From Marinicella sp. (GTDB lineage Bacteria > Pseudomonadota > Gammaproteobacteria > Xanthomonadales > Marinicellaceae), in assembly GCA_965230295.1 (NCBI GenBank), contig OZ246001.1, positions 2,688,001-2,752,000 on the forward strand: a stretch of 64,000 nucleotides of DNA, written 5' to 3'. The notes below the pieces were generated by a model. That model made no database searches, was not told where the DNA came from, and saw only the letters and a program-made list of their open reading frames with translations. The position numbers and the translations under genes are program-made. Shown here in pieces: positions 34,509 through 47,078 of the stretch. Position 1 is the first letter of the stretch. Each line of letters starts with the position of its first letter.

Positions 34509-36632
34509 ATGGATTCCGAACATTCAAAAAAACAGTTGTTGTTTAAAATTGCTCTGGCTTTGCTGGCCATTGTGATTACGCTGTGCATCTATGTTCCTGG
34601 GTTAATCTACTTTACCCAAAGAGAATACTTTACGAACTATTATTTGGAGCTGATTGCAGCTCCATTGTTGTATATGAGTGGCGCAGCCTTGTTGGTGTGG
34701 GTATTCTTGTCTTTGTTGCCACGAACTGGATTGAAGTACATGTCTTCAGTGTTGCTTGTGTTGGCCTTACTTATTTGGCTGCAAGCTGATATTTTTGCAG
34801 TCAGTTATGGTGCGTTGGATGGATCAGGAATTGAGTTTGAACCGTTTGACCAAAGGGGGTTGTGGGAACTGATTATCGTCCTGGTTTCGGTGGTTTTGGC
34901 ATGGGTGTTTAATCAATTCATTAACAAGCACTTCTCGTTAATAATAGGGTTAATTTTATTGGGCCAATGTTTACTCACTGGTTTTAATGTGATTAACGAG
35001 CCTGCAGATAAGCCAGAGATTAAGGCGTTGGATAAAGAGTTTTTTAATTACTCTTCAAAGAAAAATGTCATTGTCATTATTTTGGATACATTTGGTGGAG
35101 ATGTCTTTGAAAGCATAATTGAGAAATACCCGGAATTTAAAAAGGGCTACCAGGGTTTTGTCAGTTATACAGACGCGATCAGCAATTATCCAGCCACCAA
35201 AGGAAGCCTGCCTTCATTACTCACTGGCCAGATGATCCCGAAAGATTATGAACTGTTGGATTTTATTGATGAAGTGGTGAGTGAACGCGGTCTACCGGCG
35301 CATTTTGAGGAACAGGGTTATGAAGTCAGTGTGGTATCGGTTTTTTCCTGGTTCAGAAACTTTTACGCCAAGCGTTTTATGTTTGAGCCACCGTTCCTCC
35401 CGGAAGAGTTAAAAGCATACAACGCAGCCATGCTTTTTGATTATTCATTGTTCAGGGTGGTGCCGCACTACCTTAAAGAGCTGGTATATGATCAAGGTCA
35501 TTGGCTGGCTTCAGGACGGGTAGCCACTCACACGGAAATTCCGAATACCGAGGCAGAGCGGGCAAACTTGTTTTTAGAGTTGATGACTGATGATGCGGTT
35601 GTGACTGATGAAGTACCGCGATTTAAATTGATTCATGTCACCACGCCACACCCGAAATTTGTCTATGACCAGGATTGCCGCAAAGGTACTTTGGCTAAAA
35701 AAGCCTCAACTCGACACTATATGGAGCAACAATCAGTCTGTGCGCTCAGAAAATTAGATGCGTTGTTTGAAAAGTACAAGGCGCTTGGGGTTTACGACGA
35801 TGCCCTGATAGTGGTTGCGTCTGACCATGGTGACAGGAATTTTGATGAGATGTCTTTGACAGGATTCCCGTCCTATTTTGAAATGAACAGTTCAGGCATA
35901 TTGTTCATGATAAAAGGCATCGGCCAAAAGGGTGACTTTAAGGAGGTGGCCCAACCATTTTCTTTGTTGAAATTATTTGCTGCGCTGACAGATGCTTCAT
36001 TGCATCACTCCGGATACGATTTCTTGGAAGATTTGGATCGACCATTTTATGCGTTCAGAAACACCTTCATTGGAACCGAGGGCATGCTGCAAGATGCCCC
36101 TCTTTATCATGTCACCGCAGATTATAAGAACCCAGGCAGTTGGCATTTTAAAGAATATGCCATCAACCAATGTAAAGCGCAGAAATTTCCGGTCAACATG
36201 GTGTTTATCACAACTGCCAGAGAGCAGTACTGTGGGATCTTCGGTTTTGTGCCGGATTATGTGACAGACCAGGTATGGACTGAGAGTTTAGATAGCAGGG
36301 TTGTGTTCAATTTAGAATCCGCTGAAATTACAAATGACAATACATACAAAGTTGAGATGACTTTTGAACCGGGGTTTCCTGAGCAACCGAAAGAAATTGA
36401 AATGACCGTGCTGTTCAATACCAAAGAGTTGGGTAATATTCTGATTTCTGATCCAGAATTGCAAGTTCACACCTTTGACATCCCGGTAGAATTTTTTACA
36501 TCATCCGGCATTCAGGAACTGCAGTTGCTCATGCCAGATCTTAAGTCTGAGCACCAACTTGGGGTCGGCACAATGACAAGAAAGCTTGGGGTTCTGATGA
36601 AGTCAATAAAGTTGACAGCCGATCCAATTTAA
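34509..36632 (+). CDS. Membrane-anchored sulfatase/alkaline-phosphatase superfamily protein
   Basis: 5 N-terminal TM helices; NVIVIILDT, YPATKGSLPSLLTG, HVTTPH, VASDHG. Confidence 0.75.
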   Translation: MDSEHSKKQLLFKIALALLAIVITLCIYVPGLIYFTQREYFTNYYLELIAAPLLYMSGAALLVWVFLSLLPRTGLKYMSSVLLVLALLIWLQADIFAVSYGALDGSGIEFEPFDQRGLWELIIVLVSVVLAWVFNQFINKHFSLIIGLILLGQCLLTGFNVINEPADKPEIKALDKEFFNYSSKKNVIVIILDTFGGDVFESIIEKYPEFKKGYQGFVSYTDAISNYPATKGSLPSLLTGQMIPKDYELLDFIDEVVSERGLPAHFEEQGYEVSVVSVFSWFRNFYAKRFMFEPPFLPEELKAYNAAMLFDYSLFRVVPHYLKELVYDQGHWLASGRVATHTEIPNTEAERANLFLELMTDDAVVTDEVPRFKLIHVTTPHPKFVYDQDCRKGTLAKKASTRHYMEQQSVCALRKLDALFEKYKALGVYDDALIVVASDHGDRNFDEMSLTGFPSYFEMNSSGILFMIKGIGQKGDFKEVAQPFSLLKLFAALTDASLHHSGYDFLEDLDRPFYAFRNTFIGTEGMLQDAPLYHVTADYKNPGSWHFKEYAINQCKAQKFPVNMVFITTAREQYCGIFGFVPDYVTDQVWTESLDSRVVFNLESAEITNDNTYKVEMTFEPGFPEQPKEIEMTVLFNTKELGNILISDPELQVHTFDIPVEFFTSSGIQELQLLMPDLKSEHQLGVGTMTRKLGVLMKSIKLTADPI

Positions 36633-36666
36633 CAAAATGGGTAGGTGATGGCCAATTATGGCTTGG

Positions 36667-37479
36667 TTAAAAAGCTTTAACCTGTTCACATAAAGATTCA
36701 ATGGCCAACAATAACCGCAGCGTTGGACGGGTGAAATGGTCGGCTTCCAGCACGGCGATTTGTTGGTTTTTTATGGCTGGAATTTCTTGCCATGAAGCCA
36801 AGGGTTTGTCATCAGTCATGGGTTCAAGTCTGACCAAAACTTCTGGCTTGAGTAGCACCACAGATTCCAGGGTCACGGCTGCGGACAAAGTTTCAAGGTC
36901 ATCGAATATGTTATTCAAACCACATACTTTAATGGCGTCAGTCATCCAATGCTGGCCATTTACGGTGAAAATTGGTTGATCAGATATTTGAATCAATGCA
37001 GGCTGTGTTTTGAATGGTTGTTTCATTAAATGATTCAAATCAACCAAAAATTCATCGGTGGCTTTTACCGGTTGGCTGCCAATGGTCTCAGCTATGAAGT
37101 GAATGGATTTGGGGATGTCTGTCAGTTGGTTGATTTCAATGGCAACCAAATTTAAATTCATGGACTGTAGTTTTTCGACGGTTTGTTTCGGGGTGCCACC
37201 TGCCCAATAAAAAATGACTTCAGGTTGAAGTTGGGTAATGAGTTCCAGGTTTAAATGGAAAGCGTCGCCGATGACTTGTTTGTTCAGTGCATCTTCTGGG
37301 TAGTTGCTGTAGGCACTGACACCCAATAAAGATTCGTTGGCACCGGCGGAATAGACCAGTTCAGTGAGGTGGGGTGCCAAGGTGATGCTGGTTTTCAGTT
37401 TGGTTTCAGTGCTGCTTGAATTTGCAACAGAATAAACAGTCCATAACAGGCATGTTGTCAACCAAGTAAGTTTACTCAT
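36667..37479 (-). CDS. btuF: BtuF-like cobalamin/metal-chelate periplasmic binding protein
   Basis: ITLAPHLTELVYSAGA, GVSAYSNYP, NLE.I..L.P, RPTLR. Confidence 0.75.
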   Translation of the reverse strand: MSKLTWLTTCLLWTVYSVANSSSTETKLKTSITLAPHLTELVYSAGANESLLGVSAYSNYPEDALNKQVIGDAFHLNLELITQLQPEVIFYWAGGTPKQTVEKLQSMNLNLVAIEINQLTDIPKSIHFIAETIGSQPVKATDEFLVDLNHLMKQPFKTQPALIQISDQPIFTVNGQHWMTDAIKVCGLNNIFDDLETLSAAVTLESVVLLKPEVLVRLEPMTDDKPLASWQEIPAIKNQQIAVLEADHFTRPTLRLLLAIESLCEQVKAF

Positions 37480-37602
37480 TGAATGATCCGATTAAGCTAA
37501 ATTGAGACATTGTATACGTGTTGTCAGTTGCAGCCAAATGCATTTTTTAGAGTGTGAAAAACAGGTGTTCAAAACAACTTCATGTTTATTGAAAAAAATA
37601 GA

Positions 37603-37723
37603 TTGTTTTTTACAGATAAATGCCTATAATTCGCTGCTTGCTCGGAGACTCGAGAGTCAGTTTAAAAAGTCAGTGAAATTACTGTTATTTTATATTGACT
37701 TTCTAGGCGTATTCTACGAAAAT
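37603..37723 (+). promoter_or_regulatory. Tandem stable-RNA-type sigma70 promoters for the tRNA-tuf operon
   Basis: TTGTTT-16-TATAAT (37603-37630) with an upstream A-tract, and TTGACT-17-GAAAAT (37695-37723); both have GC-rich discriminators. Confidence 0.55.
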
Positions 37724-37740
37724 GCCGTGCTTTGCTCGTT

Positions 37741-37825
37741 GGAGGGATACCCAAGCGGCCAACGGGGGCAGACTGTAAATCTGCTGTTTTTAACTTCGGA
37801 GGTTCGAATCCTCCTCCCTCCACCA
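37741..37825 (+). tRNA. tRNA-Tyr(GTA)
   Basis: GGAGGGA acceptor, GCAGA-CTGTAAA-TCTGC, variable arm, GGTTCGAATCC, CCA. Confidence 0.95.
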
Positions 37826-37865
37826 TTTATTTGACCTGGATAAGTAGTTTTCAGGTTGGGGTTGA

Positions 37866-37939
37866 GCGGGTGTAGTTCAATGGTAGAACGTCAGCCTTCC
37901 AAGCTGAACACGTGGGTTCGATTCCCATCACCCGCTCCA
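37866..37939 (+). tRNA. tRNA-Gly(TCC)
   Basis: GCGGGTG, TCAGC-CTTCCAA-GCTGA, GGTTCGATTCC, CCA. Confidence 0.95.
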
Positions 37940-37946
37940 TTGTTTT

Positions 37947-38022
37947 GCCCATATAGCTCAGTCGGTAGAGCACTTTCTTGGTAGGGAAGAGGTCACTGGT
38001 TCGACTCCAGTTATGGGCACCA
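37947..38022 (+). tRNA. tRNA-Thr(GGT)
   Basis: GCCCATA, CTTTC-TTGGTAG-GGAAG, GGTTCGACTCC, CCA. Confidence 0.95.
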
Positions 38023-38192
38023 CTACTGTAGAGCGCAGCGATCCGCCTAATTGGTTGGTGAGAGAAGCGAATCAGAGGTTCGGCGCTGTATGGAGGAGTT
38101 CTTGTGCAGCCGATTTTCATTTGAAAAAATGAAAGAAGGAAAGCAAGACACTTTAATAATATTAACTACTTAGCTTTTTGGAGTAGCAACAC

Positions 38193-39383
38193 ATGTCAAA
38201 AGAAAAATTTGAACGCACGAAGCCCCATGTAAACGTGGGCACAATTGGTCACGTTGACCATGGTAAAACTACCTTGACTGCAGCGATCACTAAAGTTGCT
38301 GCTGAGAAGCAAGGTGGAGAATTTAAAGATTACGATCAAATCGATAACGCGCCAGAAGAAAGAGAGCGTGGTATCACGATTTCTACGGCTCACGTAGAGT
38401 ATGAAACAGATGGTCGTCACTATGCGCACGTTGACTGTCCAGGTCACGCGGACTATGTGAAGAACATGATTACCGGTGCGGCTCAAATGGACGGCGCTAT
38501 TTTGGTTGTGTCAGCAGCTGATGGTCCTATGCCACAAACCCGTGAGCACATCTTGTTGGCTCGTCAGGTTGGCGTACCTTACATTGTAGTGTTCTTGAAC
38601 AAATGTGATCAGGTTGACGACGAAGAGTTGTTGGAATTGGTTGAGATGGAAGTTCGTGAGTTGTTGAATGACTACGAGTTCCCTGGTGATGACACGCCAT
38701 TGGTTATGGGTTCAGCGTTGAAAGCGTTGGAAGGTGATTCATCAGACATCGGTGTACCAGCGGTTGCAAAATTGTTGGACGAGATGGATGCTTACTTCCC
38801 GACTCCAGAGCGTGAGACTGATAAGCCCTTCTTGATGCCTATTGAAGACATCTTCTCAATTTCAGGTCGTGGTACTGTGGTAACTGGCCGTATTGAGACT
38901 GGTGTAGTTAATGTGGGTGAAGAGATTGAGATTGTTGGTATTCGTGACACATCGACCACCACTTGTACGGGTGTAGAGATGTTCCGCAAGTTGTTAGACA
39001 CAGGTGAAGCTGGTGATAACGTAGGTATTTTGTTGCGTGGTACTAAAAGAGATGAAGTTGAGCGTGGACAAGTACTGGCAAAACCGGGTACAATCACGCC
39101 CCACACAAAATTTGAAGCTGAAGTTTATGTGTTGAGTAAAGATGAAGGTGGTCGTCACACACCATTCTTCAAAGGTTACCGTCCACAGTTTTACTTCAGA
39201 ACAACTGACGTGACTGGCGCATGTGAGTTGCCTGATGGTGTAGAAATGGTTATGCCTGGTGACAACGTCAAGATGAAGGTTGAATTGATTGCACCGATTG
39301 CGATGGACGAAGGTTTGCGCTTTGCGATTCGTGAAGGTGGCCGTACAGTAGGTGCGGGTGTAGTAGCAAAAATTATCGAGTGA
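38193..39383 (+). CDS. tuf: Elongation factor Tu
   Basis: [21 protein letters not shown]. Confidence 0.99.
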   Translation: MSKEKFERTKPHVNVGTIGHVDHGKTTLTAAITKVAAEKQGGEFKDYDQIDNAPEERERGITISTAHVEYETDGRHYAHVDCPGHADYVKNMITGAAQMDGAILVVSAADGPMPQTREHILLARQVGVPYIVVFLNKCDQVDDEELLELVEMEVRELLNDYEFPGDDTPLVMGSALKALEGDSSDIGVPAVAKLLDEMDAYFPTPERETDKPFLMPIEDIFSISGRGTVVTGRIETGVVNVGEEIEIVGIRDTSTTTCTGVEMFRKLLDTGEAGDNVGILLRGTKRDEVERGQVLAKPGTITPHTKFEAEVYVLSKDEGGRHTPFFKGYRPQFYFRTTDVTGACELPDGVEMVMPGDNVKMKVELIAPIAMDEGLRFAIREGGRTVGAGVVAKIIE

Positions 39384-39399
39384 TAATTTAACTCGTGAC

Positions 39400-39431
39400 G
39401 CAAAAGCCAACAGTTTACTGTTGGCTTTTGC
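39400..39431 (+). terminator. Terminator-like hairpin after tuf
   Basis: GCAAAAGCCAACAGT-TT-ACTGTTGGCTTTTGC. Confidence 0.7.
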
Positions 39432-39447
39432 TGTCTTTACGATTTTT

Positions 39448-39523
<76 letters not shown>

Positions 39524-39561
39524 TTGTTTTTTGAAGCGGTGGCCAATTTGGATTACAAGTT

Positions 39562-39930
39562 ATGAGTAGTGTTGAGTCAGCACCAGGTGCTGGTGATAAA
39601 TTAAGATGGTGGTTGGCCGTGGCAATTATTGTCGGCGGTGTGGCTGCGAATCTCTATTTTGTTGATACATACCCAACCATCATCAGGGTGTTGATGGTTC
39701 TTGGTGGTGTTTTGGTTGGTGGCTTTGTCGGTTACACAACCCAAAGAGGCAAGGATTTTGCCAAATTTGTAAAAAATGCCAACATTGAAAGGCAAAAGAT
39801 TGTTTGGCCAACTAAAAATGAAACAGTTCAAACCACCATTATGGTGCTGGTGCTGGTGATCATCATCGGTTTGTTTTTGTTTTTGGTCGATTCACTTTTC
39901 AGTAACCTCATTGAATATTTCTTTGAGTAA
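39562..39930 (+). CDS. secE: Preprotein translocase SecE
   Basis: KIVWPT..ET.QTT; 3 TM; synteny. Confidence 0.95.
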   Translation: MSSVESAPGAGDKLRWWLAVAIIVGGVAANLYFVDTYPTIIRVLMVLGGVLVGGFVGYTTQRGKDFAKFVKNANIERQKIVWPTKNETVQTTIMVLVLVIIIGLFLFLVDSLFSNLIEYFFE

Positions 39931-39951
39931 GACGGTCAGGAGTTAGAGTTC

Positions 39952-40485
39952 ATGTCGCACAGATGGTATGTGGTCCACGCTTATTCAGGCTTCGAGCAAC
40001 AAGTTTGTAAGTCTTTAGAAGAGCGCATTGAAAGATACCAAATGCAAGATCTTTTTGGCGAAGTTTTGGTGCCAAAAGAAACTGTGGTGGAGATGAAGAA
40101 AGGCCAAAAACGCAGGAGTGAACGTAAATTCTTTCCTGGTTATGTTTTGGTTCAAATGGAAATGAACGATGAAACATGGCACTTGGTTAAAAGCGTGCCA
40201 AAAGTTTTGGGATTCATTGGTGGCACAGCTGAACGGCCTGCGCCGATCACCGAGCGTGAAGCCAATGCCATATTGCAACGGATTGAAGACGGTGAGAATA
40301 AGCCGCAACCAAAAACATTGTTCGATGTGGGCGAAGTGGTTCGCGTCATCGACGGCCCCTTTGCCGATTTTAATGGCGAAGTGGAAGAAGTCAATTATGA
40401 AAAAAGCCGCATGCGTGTGGCAGTTTCTATATTTGGAAGGTCAACCCCAGTCGAATTAGAATTCGGCCAGGTTGAGAAAGTTTAA
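39952..40485 (+). CDS. nusG: Transcription factor NusG
   Basis: [29 protein letters not shown]. Confidence 0.99.
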   Translation: MSHRWYVVHAYSGFEQQVCKSLEERIERYQMQDLFGEVLVPKETVVEMKKGQKRRSERKFFPGYVLVQMEMNDETWHLVKSVPKVLGFIGGTAERPAPITEREANAILQRIEDGENKPQPKTLFDVGEVVRVIDGPFADFNGEVEEVNYEKSRMRVAVSIFGRSTPVELEFGQVEKV

Positions 40486-40537
40486 ACATTATAACAATGG
40501 GGAGCCTTGATTAAGGCGTTTGTACCCGGAGAGAACA

Positions 40538-40972
40538 ATGGCTAAAAAAGTACAGTCGTACATTAAATTGCAAGTGCCTGCTGGTCAGGCCAATCCTTCA
40601 CCACCGGTGGGTCCTGCTTTGGGTCAACACGGGGTGAACATCATGGAATTTTGTAAAGCGTTCAACGCCCAAACTGGTGATGTTGAGAACGGATTACCTA
40701 TTCCAGTGGTCATCACTGTATACAATGACAGAAGTTTTACATTCATCACCAAGACACCACCAGCTGCTGTGTTGTTGTTGAAAGCTGCTGGCATTCCAAA
40801 AGGCAGTGGTACTCCTAACACAGATAAGGTGGCCAAAATCGGCCGTGATCAATTGGAAGAAATTGCCAAGATGAAAGAGCCTGATCTGACGGCTGCTGAT
40901 ATGGATGCAGCTGTAAGAACCATTGCTGGTACTGCTCGCAGTATGGGTATTGAAACTGAAGGAGTGAAATAA
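40538..40972 (+). CDS. rplK: 50S ribosomal protein L11
   Basis: [26 protein letters not shown]. Confidence 0.99.
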   Translation: MAKKVQSYIKLQVPAGQANPSPPVGPALGQHGVNIMEFCKAFNAQTGDVENGLPIPVVITVYNDRSFTFITKTPPAAVLLLKAAGIPKGSGTPNTDKVAKIGRDQLEEIAKMKEPDLTAADMDAAVRTIAGTARSMGIETEGVK

Positions 40973-41661
40973 TGACTGGTAAAAGAATCAAAGCGCTCAA
41001 AGAGCAAATAGACAAATTGAAAAAATACCAAGTTGAAGAAGCATTGGATTTTGTCCGCAGTAATTCGTCAAAGAACTTTGACGAAACTGTCGATGTGGCG
41101 ATTCAACTGGGTGTAGATGCCAAGAAATCAGATCAAGCCGTACGTGGTGCAACTGTTTTGCCAAATGGAACTGGTAAGTCTGTCAAAGTGGCTGTTTTTG
41201 CCCAGGGCGACAAAGCCGAAGAAGCCAAAGCCGCTGGTGCTGACGTGGTTGGATTTGATGATTTGGCCGCAGAAGTAAAAAAAGGCAACATCGATTTTGA
41301 TGTGGTCATTGCTTCACCTGATGCCATGCGTGTTGTGGGTCAGTTGGGTACCATTTTAGGTCCCAAAGGCCTGATGCCTAACCCCAAGGTTGGTACCGTA
41401 ACTCCTGACGTGGCAACTGCTGTAAAAAACAACAAATCAGGTCAAGCCATGTATCGAATCGATAAAGCCGGTATTATCCACACTGTTTTGGGTAAGGCCT
41501 CTTTTTCAGCCGATGCATTGAAAGAAAACTTGACTGTGTTGTTGGCAGAGTTGAACAAGAAGAAACCACCTACATCAAAAGGTAAATTTATCAGAAAAAT
41601 CAGCATTTCATCCACCATGGGTGCAGGTGTTGAAGTTGATCCTGTTTCTGTCGGACAGTAA
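40972..41661 (+). CDS. rplA: 50S ribosomal protein L1
   Basis: [33 protein letters not shown]. Confidence 0.99.
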   Translation: MTGKRIKALKEQIDKLKKYQVEEALDFVRSNSSKNFDETVDVAIQLGVDAKKSDQAVRGATVLPNGTGKSVKVAVFAQGDKAEEAKAAGADVVGFDDLAAEVKKGNIDFDVVIASPDAMRVVGQLGTILGPKGLMPNPKVGTVTPDVATAVKNNKSGQAMYRIDKAGIIHTVLGKASFSADALKENLTVLLAELNKKKPPTSKGKFIRKISISSTMGAGVEVDPVSVGQ

Positions 41662-41712
41662 ACAGCGATCATAACAATTTTGAGGGTTGCTGAGACATCA
41701 ATGCTCAGCAGT

Positions 41713-41783
41713 CATCAAAGACCGTAGGTGTGATGTCGGCTCAATATGAAGCTTTCATTGCTTAATTTCCTACGCAGATGGTG
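41713..41783 (+). promoter_or_regulatory. Ribosomal protein L10 leader (autoregulatory RNA)
   Basis: CAAAGACCGTAGG...TTAA...CCTACGCAGATGG upstream of rplJ. Confidence 0.75.
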
Positions 41784-41897
41784 CCCCAATACAGAATACT
41801 GTTTGGTCACCAAAATGGTTCCGTCTTATGTGTTTAAGGCATTGAGGCGGATTTTTGAGTACTGCAGCATGTGCTGCATGAGCCTTTGGAGGTTATC

Positions 41898-42422
41898 ATG
41901 GCGCTCAATTTAGAGCAGAAAAAAGCTGTAGTCAGTGAAATTGCCAGTGTTGCTCAAGATGCACACTCCTTAGTCGCAGCAGAATACCGTGGATCATCAG
42001 TTGAACTGATGACTGCGATGCGTTCTGATGCACGTAAAAGTGGTGTCTATCTTAGGGTCGCAAAAAACACTTTGGTCAGAAGAGCTGTTGAAGGAACTGA
42101 TTACGAGTGCGTTTCAGACGCATTGGTTGGTCCTTTGTTGTATGCGTTCAGTCAGGAAGATCCTGGTTGTGCCGCTCGTTTGATCAAAGACCATGCCAAA
42201 GAAAACGATAAGCTTGAAGTTAAGTTCGTTTCTATTGGTGGTGATTTGTTGGCCGCAACGGAGTTAGCTCGTTTAGCTTCATTGCCTACTAAAGATCAAG
42301 CAATTGCAATGCTGATGTCTGTCATGAAGGCACCAGTAGAGAAATTTGTAAGAACTTTGGCAGAGCCACACGCAAAACTGACACGTACAATCGCAGCAAT
42401 CAAAGATTCAAAAGCTGCATAA
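41898..42422 (+). CDS. rplJ: 50S ribosomal protein L10
   Basis: MALNLEQKKAVV, V.KNTL; GGAGG RBS. Confidence 0.98.
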   Translation: MALNLEQKKAVVSEIASVAQDAHSLVAAEYRGSSVELMTAMRSDARKSGVYLRVAKNTLVRRAVEGTDYECVSDALVGPLLYAFSQEDPGCAARLIKDHAKENDKLEVKFVSIGGDLLAATELARLASLPTKDQAIAMLMSVMKAPVEKFVRTLAEPHAKLTRTIAAIKDSKAA

Positions 42423-42453
42423 GTAAAAAACATTACAATTTTGGAGAATTAAA

Positions 42454-42831
42454 ATGGCCGTATCAAAAGATGATATTTTAGAAGCAATCTCAGCAATGAG
42501 CGTAATGGACGTTGTTGAATTAATCGAAGCTATGGAAGAAAAATTTGGTGTATCAGCTGCTGCTGCAGTTGCTGCTGCTCCTGCTGCCGCCGCTGCTGGC
42601 GGTGAAGCTGCTGCTGAGCAAACTGAGTTTGACGTAGTATTGGCAAGCTTTGGCGACAAGAAAGTTGGTGTGATTAAAGCCGTTCGTGGCATCACTGGCT
42701 TGGGCTTGAAAGAAGCCAAAGAATTGGTTGAAGGCGCACCAGCACCTATCAAAGAAGGTGTTGAAAAAGCCGAAGCTGAAGAAGTCAAAAAACAACTTGA
42801 AGAAGCAGGCGCTACTGTAGAGTTGAAATAA
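42454..42831 (+). CDS. rplL: 50S ribosomal protein L7/L12
   Basis: [22 protein letters not shown]. Confidence 0.99.
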   Translation: MAVSKDDILEAISAMSVMDVVELIEAMEEKFGVSAAAAVAAAPAAAAAGGEAAAEQTEFDVVLASFGDKKVGVIKAVRGITGLGLKEAKELVEGAPAPIKEGVEKAEAEEVKKQLEEAGATVELK

Positions 42832-42854
42832 TTACACAACGTAATTAATGAAAT

Positions 42855-42885
42855 CTAAAGGCTGGCATTTTATGTCGGCCTTTAG
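42855..42885 (+). terminator. rplL-rpoB attenuator/terminator hairpin
   Basis: CTAAAGGCTGGCA-TTTTA-TGTCGGCCTTTAG. Confidence 0.6.
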
Positions 42886-42994
42886 TCGCTTAAAAATAAA
42901 CAGATAAATTGAGTCTGATTAAAGCGTAAAAAAATACATATTAAATCAGCAAAACACCTGATGTTTTGCGAGCATGGTGAAGGTGACAAAAGCG

Positions 42995-45900
42995 ATGGGT
43001 TATACATTTACTGAGAAAAAAAGAATCAGAAAGGACTTTGGTAGTTCTTCAGCTGTACTGGATGTTCCATACTTACTAGATACTCAAGTTAAATCATATC
43101 AAGCCTTTTTGGGTGAAAATGATAAAGACTTGAATGGTCTGAATGATGCATTAAATTCAATTTTCCCAATTGAGAGTTATTCTGGTTTTGCCAGATTGGA
43201 ATATGTCAGTGTCGGTGTTGAAGAGCCTGAGTTTGACGTATTGGAATGTAAATTACGTGGTATGACTTATGCCGCTTCTATCCGCGCCCGAATCCAATTG
43301 GTGATTTACGATAAAGAAAAAAGCACCAAGAAAAAGAAAAAAGTTAAATACATCAAAGAACAGAATGTTTACTTGGGTGATTTGCCGCTGATGACCCCTA
43401 CAGGTACTTTTGTGATCAATGGTACTGAACGTGTTATCGTGAATCAATTGCACCGTTCACCAGGTGTGTTCTTTGATCATGACAAAGGCAAGACCCATTC
43501 TTCAGGTAAGATCTTGTACTCAGCAAGGGTCATTCCTTACCGTGGTTCTTGGTTGGACATGGAGTTCGATGCCAAGGACAGCGTTTATGTACGTATTGAT
43601 CGTCGCAGAAAATTACCGGCTTCAATCTTATTGCGTGCATTGGAATTTAATAACGAACAAATTTTGGACATGTTCTTCGAGAAAATTAACATCACGTTGA
43701 ACAAGACCAATGCCAAAATGAAATTGGTTCCAGAACATGTCAAAGGTGAAACGTTTGGTTTTGATATCAAAGATGGAAAAACAGTCTTGGTAGAAGCGGG
43801 TAAACGCATCACTGCCAGACATGAACGCAAACTGAAAAAATCAAAATTAACAGCGTTGACATTAGAAGACAGTTACTTGATCGATAAAGTATTGGCTCAC
43901 AATGTCATCGACAAAGAAACTGGTGAGGTTTTGATGCCTGCCAACACCACCATCACTGAAGAAGTTTTAGAGAAACTGCGTGATGCTGGGGTTAAGTCAT
44001 TTGACATCATTTTTGTCAATGATTTGGATCGCGGTGCATACATGTCGAATACCTTGAACATCGACCCAACCACCACACCGGAAGAGGCTTTGATCGAGAT
44101 CTATCGCATGATGCGCCCAGGTGAGCCACCGACAGAAGACGCTTCAAGATCTTTGTTTGATGGCCTGTTTTTTGCCAAAGAAAGGTATGACTTGTCAGCT
44201 GTTGGTCGCATGAAATTCAACATGCGCTTAGGCAGAGAGGACATTGAAGGTCCAGGCACTTTAAGTAACGATGACATCGTAGATGTGATGAAAGAACTGG
44301 TGAACATCAGAAATGGTGTTGGTCAGGTAGATGACATCGACCACTTGGGTAACCGCCGTGTTCGCTCAGTGGGAGAGATGGCTGAGAATGTATTCCGTGT
44401 TGGCTTGGTGCGTGTTCAACGTGCTGTGAAAGAGCGTTTAACAGTGGCTGAATCTGAAGGATTGACGCCACAAGACTTGATCAATGCCAAACCCATTTCT
44501 GCTGCGATCAAAGAATTTTTTGGTTCGAATCAACTGTCACAGTTTATGGATCAAAACAACCCCTTGTCAGAAATTACTCACAAGCGTCGTGTTTCGGCCC
44601 TTGGACCCGGTGGTTTGACTCGTGAGCGTGCTGGTTTTGAAGTGCGTGACGTGCATCCAACGCATTACGGTCGATTGTGTCCGATTGAAACACCTGAGGG
44701 GCCAAACATTGGTTTGATCAACTCGATGGCTGTGTATTCAAGAACCAATGATTATGGTTTCTTGGAAACCCCATACCGCAAAGTGACCAACGGTAAGGTG
44801 ACCGATGAAATCGTTTATTTGTCTGCCATCCAGGATTCAGACAATCCAATCGCACAAAACAGTGCTAAATTGGACAAGAATGGTAAATTTGTTGATGAGT
44901 TCATCATTTGTCGTCACAAAGGCGAAGTGGTGTTGAAACAAGCCCAGGAAATTTCTTACATGGACGTGTCAGAAAAACAAATTGTTTCTGTGGCAGCCGC
45001 TTTGATTCCATTCCTGGAGCACGATGATGCCAACAGGGCTTTGATGGGATCAAACATGCAACGCCAAGCCGTCCCTACCTTGAAAGCTGACAAGCCATTG
45101 GTAGGTACTGGAATGGAGCGCATTGTGTCACGTGATTCAGGTGTGACCGTGATGGCCAAACGCGGTGGCATCGTGGAAATTTCTGATGCGGGTCGCATTG
45201 TGGTCCGAGTTGACCAATCTGAGATTGGTGAAAAAGACCCTGGTGTGGACATTTATAACCTCATTAAATACATGCGTTCTAATCAGAACACCTGTGTGAA
45301 CCAACGCCCCATTGTGAAAGTAGGGGATCGCATTGCTGCTGGTGATGTATTGGCCGATGGTCCATCGACTGATTTGGGTGAATTGGCATTGGGTCAAAAC
45401 ATGTTGGTGGCCTTCATGCCATGGAATGGTTATAACTTTGAGGATTCAATTTTGATCTCGGAGCGTGTGGTCAAAGAAGACCGCTTGACCACCATTCACA
45501 TTGAAGAATTGACCTGTATTGCTCGTGATACCAAGTTGGGATCAGAAGAGATCACTGCTGATATACCAAACATCAGTGAAGGCACACTGACCAAACTGGA
45601 TGACTCCGGTATTGTTTATGTCGGTGCTGAAGTGGGTCCAGGTGACATTCTGGTCGGTAAAGTGACGCCAAAAGGTGAAACTCAGCTGACTCCTGAAGAA
45701 AAATTATTGCGTGCCATTTTTGGAGAAAAAGCCCTGGATGTTAAGGATTCATCCTTGCGCGTTAAATCAGGTACCAGCGGTACGGTGATCGACGTTCAGG
45801 TTTATACCCGTGAAGGCATTGAAAAAGGTTCACGTGCTGAACGCATTGAACATGACGAAATTGAAAAAGTTCGCAAAGATTTGAACGATCAGTTCCGCAT

Positions 45901-47062
45901 CATGCGCACTGTGATCCACCAACGCATTCAAGACTTGTTGATTGGTGCCAAAGTGGCCAAAGCCCCTGGTTTGAAGAAAGGTGCTGTGATTGAAGAATCC
46001 TACTTTGATACTTTAGAGTTGGATCAGTGGTTTGACATCAAACCACAAGACAATGCTTTGGCAGAACAAATGGATGCTTTGGCTGAACAAATCACTGAAC
46101 AAAGAGAAATCTTTGATAAACGATTTGAAGAGAAGAAAGCCAAGATTTCTAAAGGCGACGATTTGGCGCCTGGCGTATTGAAAATGGTCAAAGTTTATCT
46201 GGCTGTTAAGCGTCGCATTCAACCTGGCGATAAAATGGCCGGACGTCATGGTAACAAAGGTGTGATCTCAATGATTGTTCCTGAAGAAGACATGCCGTTC
46301 GATGAAAATGGTCGTCCTGTAGACATCTGTTTGAATCCACTGGGTGTACCTTCGAGGATGAACATTGGTCAGATTCTTGAGGTGCATTTGGGCATGGCTG
46401 CTCGCGGTTTGGGTTACCAGATTGAAAAGATGCTGGAAGAGAAAGCGACCGTGGCCAAATTGAAAGAATTTTTTGGTGAAATTTACAACATCGATGATGA
46501 AGGTAAAGTGAGTTTCTCAAGCTTCAGTAAAGATGAAGTGATGGAATTGGCTCATAACTTAAAAGGCGGTGTACCCATGGCAACACCGGTGTTTGATGGC
46601 GCCAAAGAAGAACACATCAGAAAATTATTCAAACTGGCCGGTTTAGATGAAGATGGACAAACCACTTTATTCGATGGTCGCACGGGTAAGAAATTTGACC
46701 GTAAAGTCACAGTGGGTTACATGTACATGTTGAAATTGAATCACTTGATCGATGACAAGATGCATGCCCGTTCAACCGGCCCGTACTCGCTGGTTACACA
46801 ACAACCATTGGGTGGTAAAGCCCAGTTTGGTGGTCAAAGGTTTGGTGAAATGGAGGTGTGGGCACTGGAAGCTTATGGTGCTGCATACACCTTACAAGAA
46901 ATGTTGACGGTTAAGTCGGATGATGTACAGGGTCGTAATGCGACTTATAAGAACATTGTTGATGGTAATCACAACACAGTTTCAGGCATTCCAGAGTCGT
47001 TCAATGTACTGGTTAAAGAGGTCAGGGCACTTGGATTGAACATGGAATTGGAAAACGAGTGA
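42995..47062 (+). CDS. rpoB: RNA polymerase beta subunit
   Basis: [37 protein letters not shown]. Confidence 0.99.
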   Translation: MGYTFTEKKRIRKDFGSSSAVLDVPYLLDTQVKSYQAFLGENDKDLNGLNDALNSIFPIESYSGFARLEYVSVGVEEPEFDVLECKLRGMTYAASIRARIQLVIYDKEKSTKKKKKVKYIKEQNVYLGDLPLMTPTGTFVINGTERVIVNQLHRSPGVFFDHDKGKTHSSGKILYSARVIPYRGSWLDMEFDAKDSVYVRIDRRRKLPASILLRALEFNNEQILDMFFEKINITLNKTNAKMKLVPEHVKGETFGFDIKDGKTVLVEAGKRITARHERKLKKSKLTALTLEDSYLIDKVLAHNVIDKETGEVLMPANTTITEEVLEKLRDAGVKSFDIIFVNDLDRGAYMSNTLNIDPTTTPEEALIEIYRMMRPGEPPTEDASRSLFDGLFFAKERYDLSAVGRMKFNMRLGREDIEGPGTLSNDDIVDVMKELVNIRNGVGQVDDIDHLGNRRVRSVGEMAENVFRVGLVRVQRAVKERLTVAESEGLTPQDLINAKPISAAIKEFFGSNQLSQFMDQNNPLSEITHKRRVSALGPGGLTRERAGFEVRDVHPTHYGRLCPIETPEGPNIGLINSMAVYSRTNDYGFLETPYRKVTNGKVTDEIVYLSAIQDSDNPIAQNSAKLDKNGKFVDEFIICRHKGEVVLKQAQEISYMDVSEKQIVSVAAALIPFLEHDDANRALMGSNMQRQAVPTLKADKPLVGTGMERIVSRDSGVTVMAKRGGIVEISDAGRIVVRVDQSEIGEKDPGVDIYNLIKYMRSNQNTCVNQRPIVKVGDRIAAGDVLADGPSTDLGELALGQNMLVAFMPWNGYNFEDSILISERVVKEDRLTTIHIEELTCIARDTKLGSEEITADIPNISEGTLTKLDDSGIVYVGAEVGPGDILVGKVTPKGETQLTPEEKLLRAIFGEKALDVKDSSLRVKSGTSGTVIDVQVYTREGIEKGSRAERIEHDEIEKVRKDLNDQFRIMRTVIHQRIQDLLIGAKVAKAPGLKKGAVIEESYFDTLELDQWFDIKPQDNALAEQMDALAEQITEQREIFDKRFEEKKAKISKGDDLAPGVLKMVKVYLAVKRRIQPGDKMAGRHGNKGVISMIVPEEDMPFDENGRPVDICLNPLGVPSRMNIGQILEVHLGMAARGLGYQIEKMLEEKATVAKLKEFFGEIYNIDDEGKVSFSSFSKDEVMELAHNLKGGVPMATPVFDGAKEEHIRKLFKLAGLDEDGQTTLFDGRTGKKFDRKVTVGYMYMLKLNHLIDDKMHARSTGPYSLVTQQPLGGKAQFGGQRFGEMEVWALEAYGAAYTLQEMLTVKSDDVQGRNATYKNIVDGNHNTVSGIPESFNVLVKEVRALGLNMELENE

Positions 47063-47078
47063 GTCTGGGAGAAAAAAC

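Noticed and set aside
44510-44610. rpoB GSNQ vs E. coli GSSQ near the rifampicin-resistance region
   Set aside because: Key Q, D, H and S residues are wild type; probably lineage variation.
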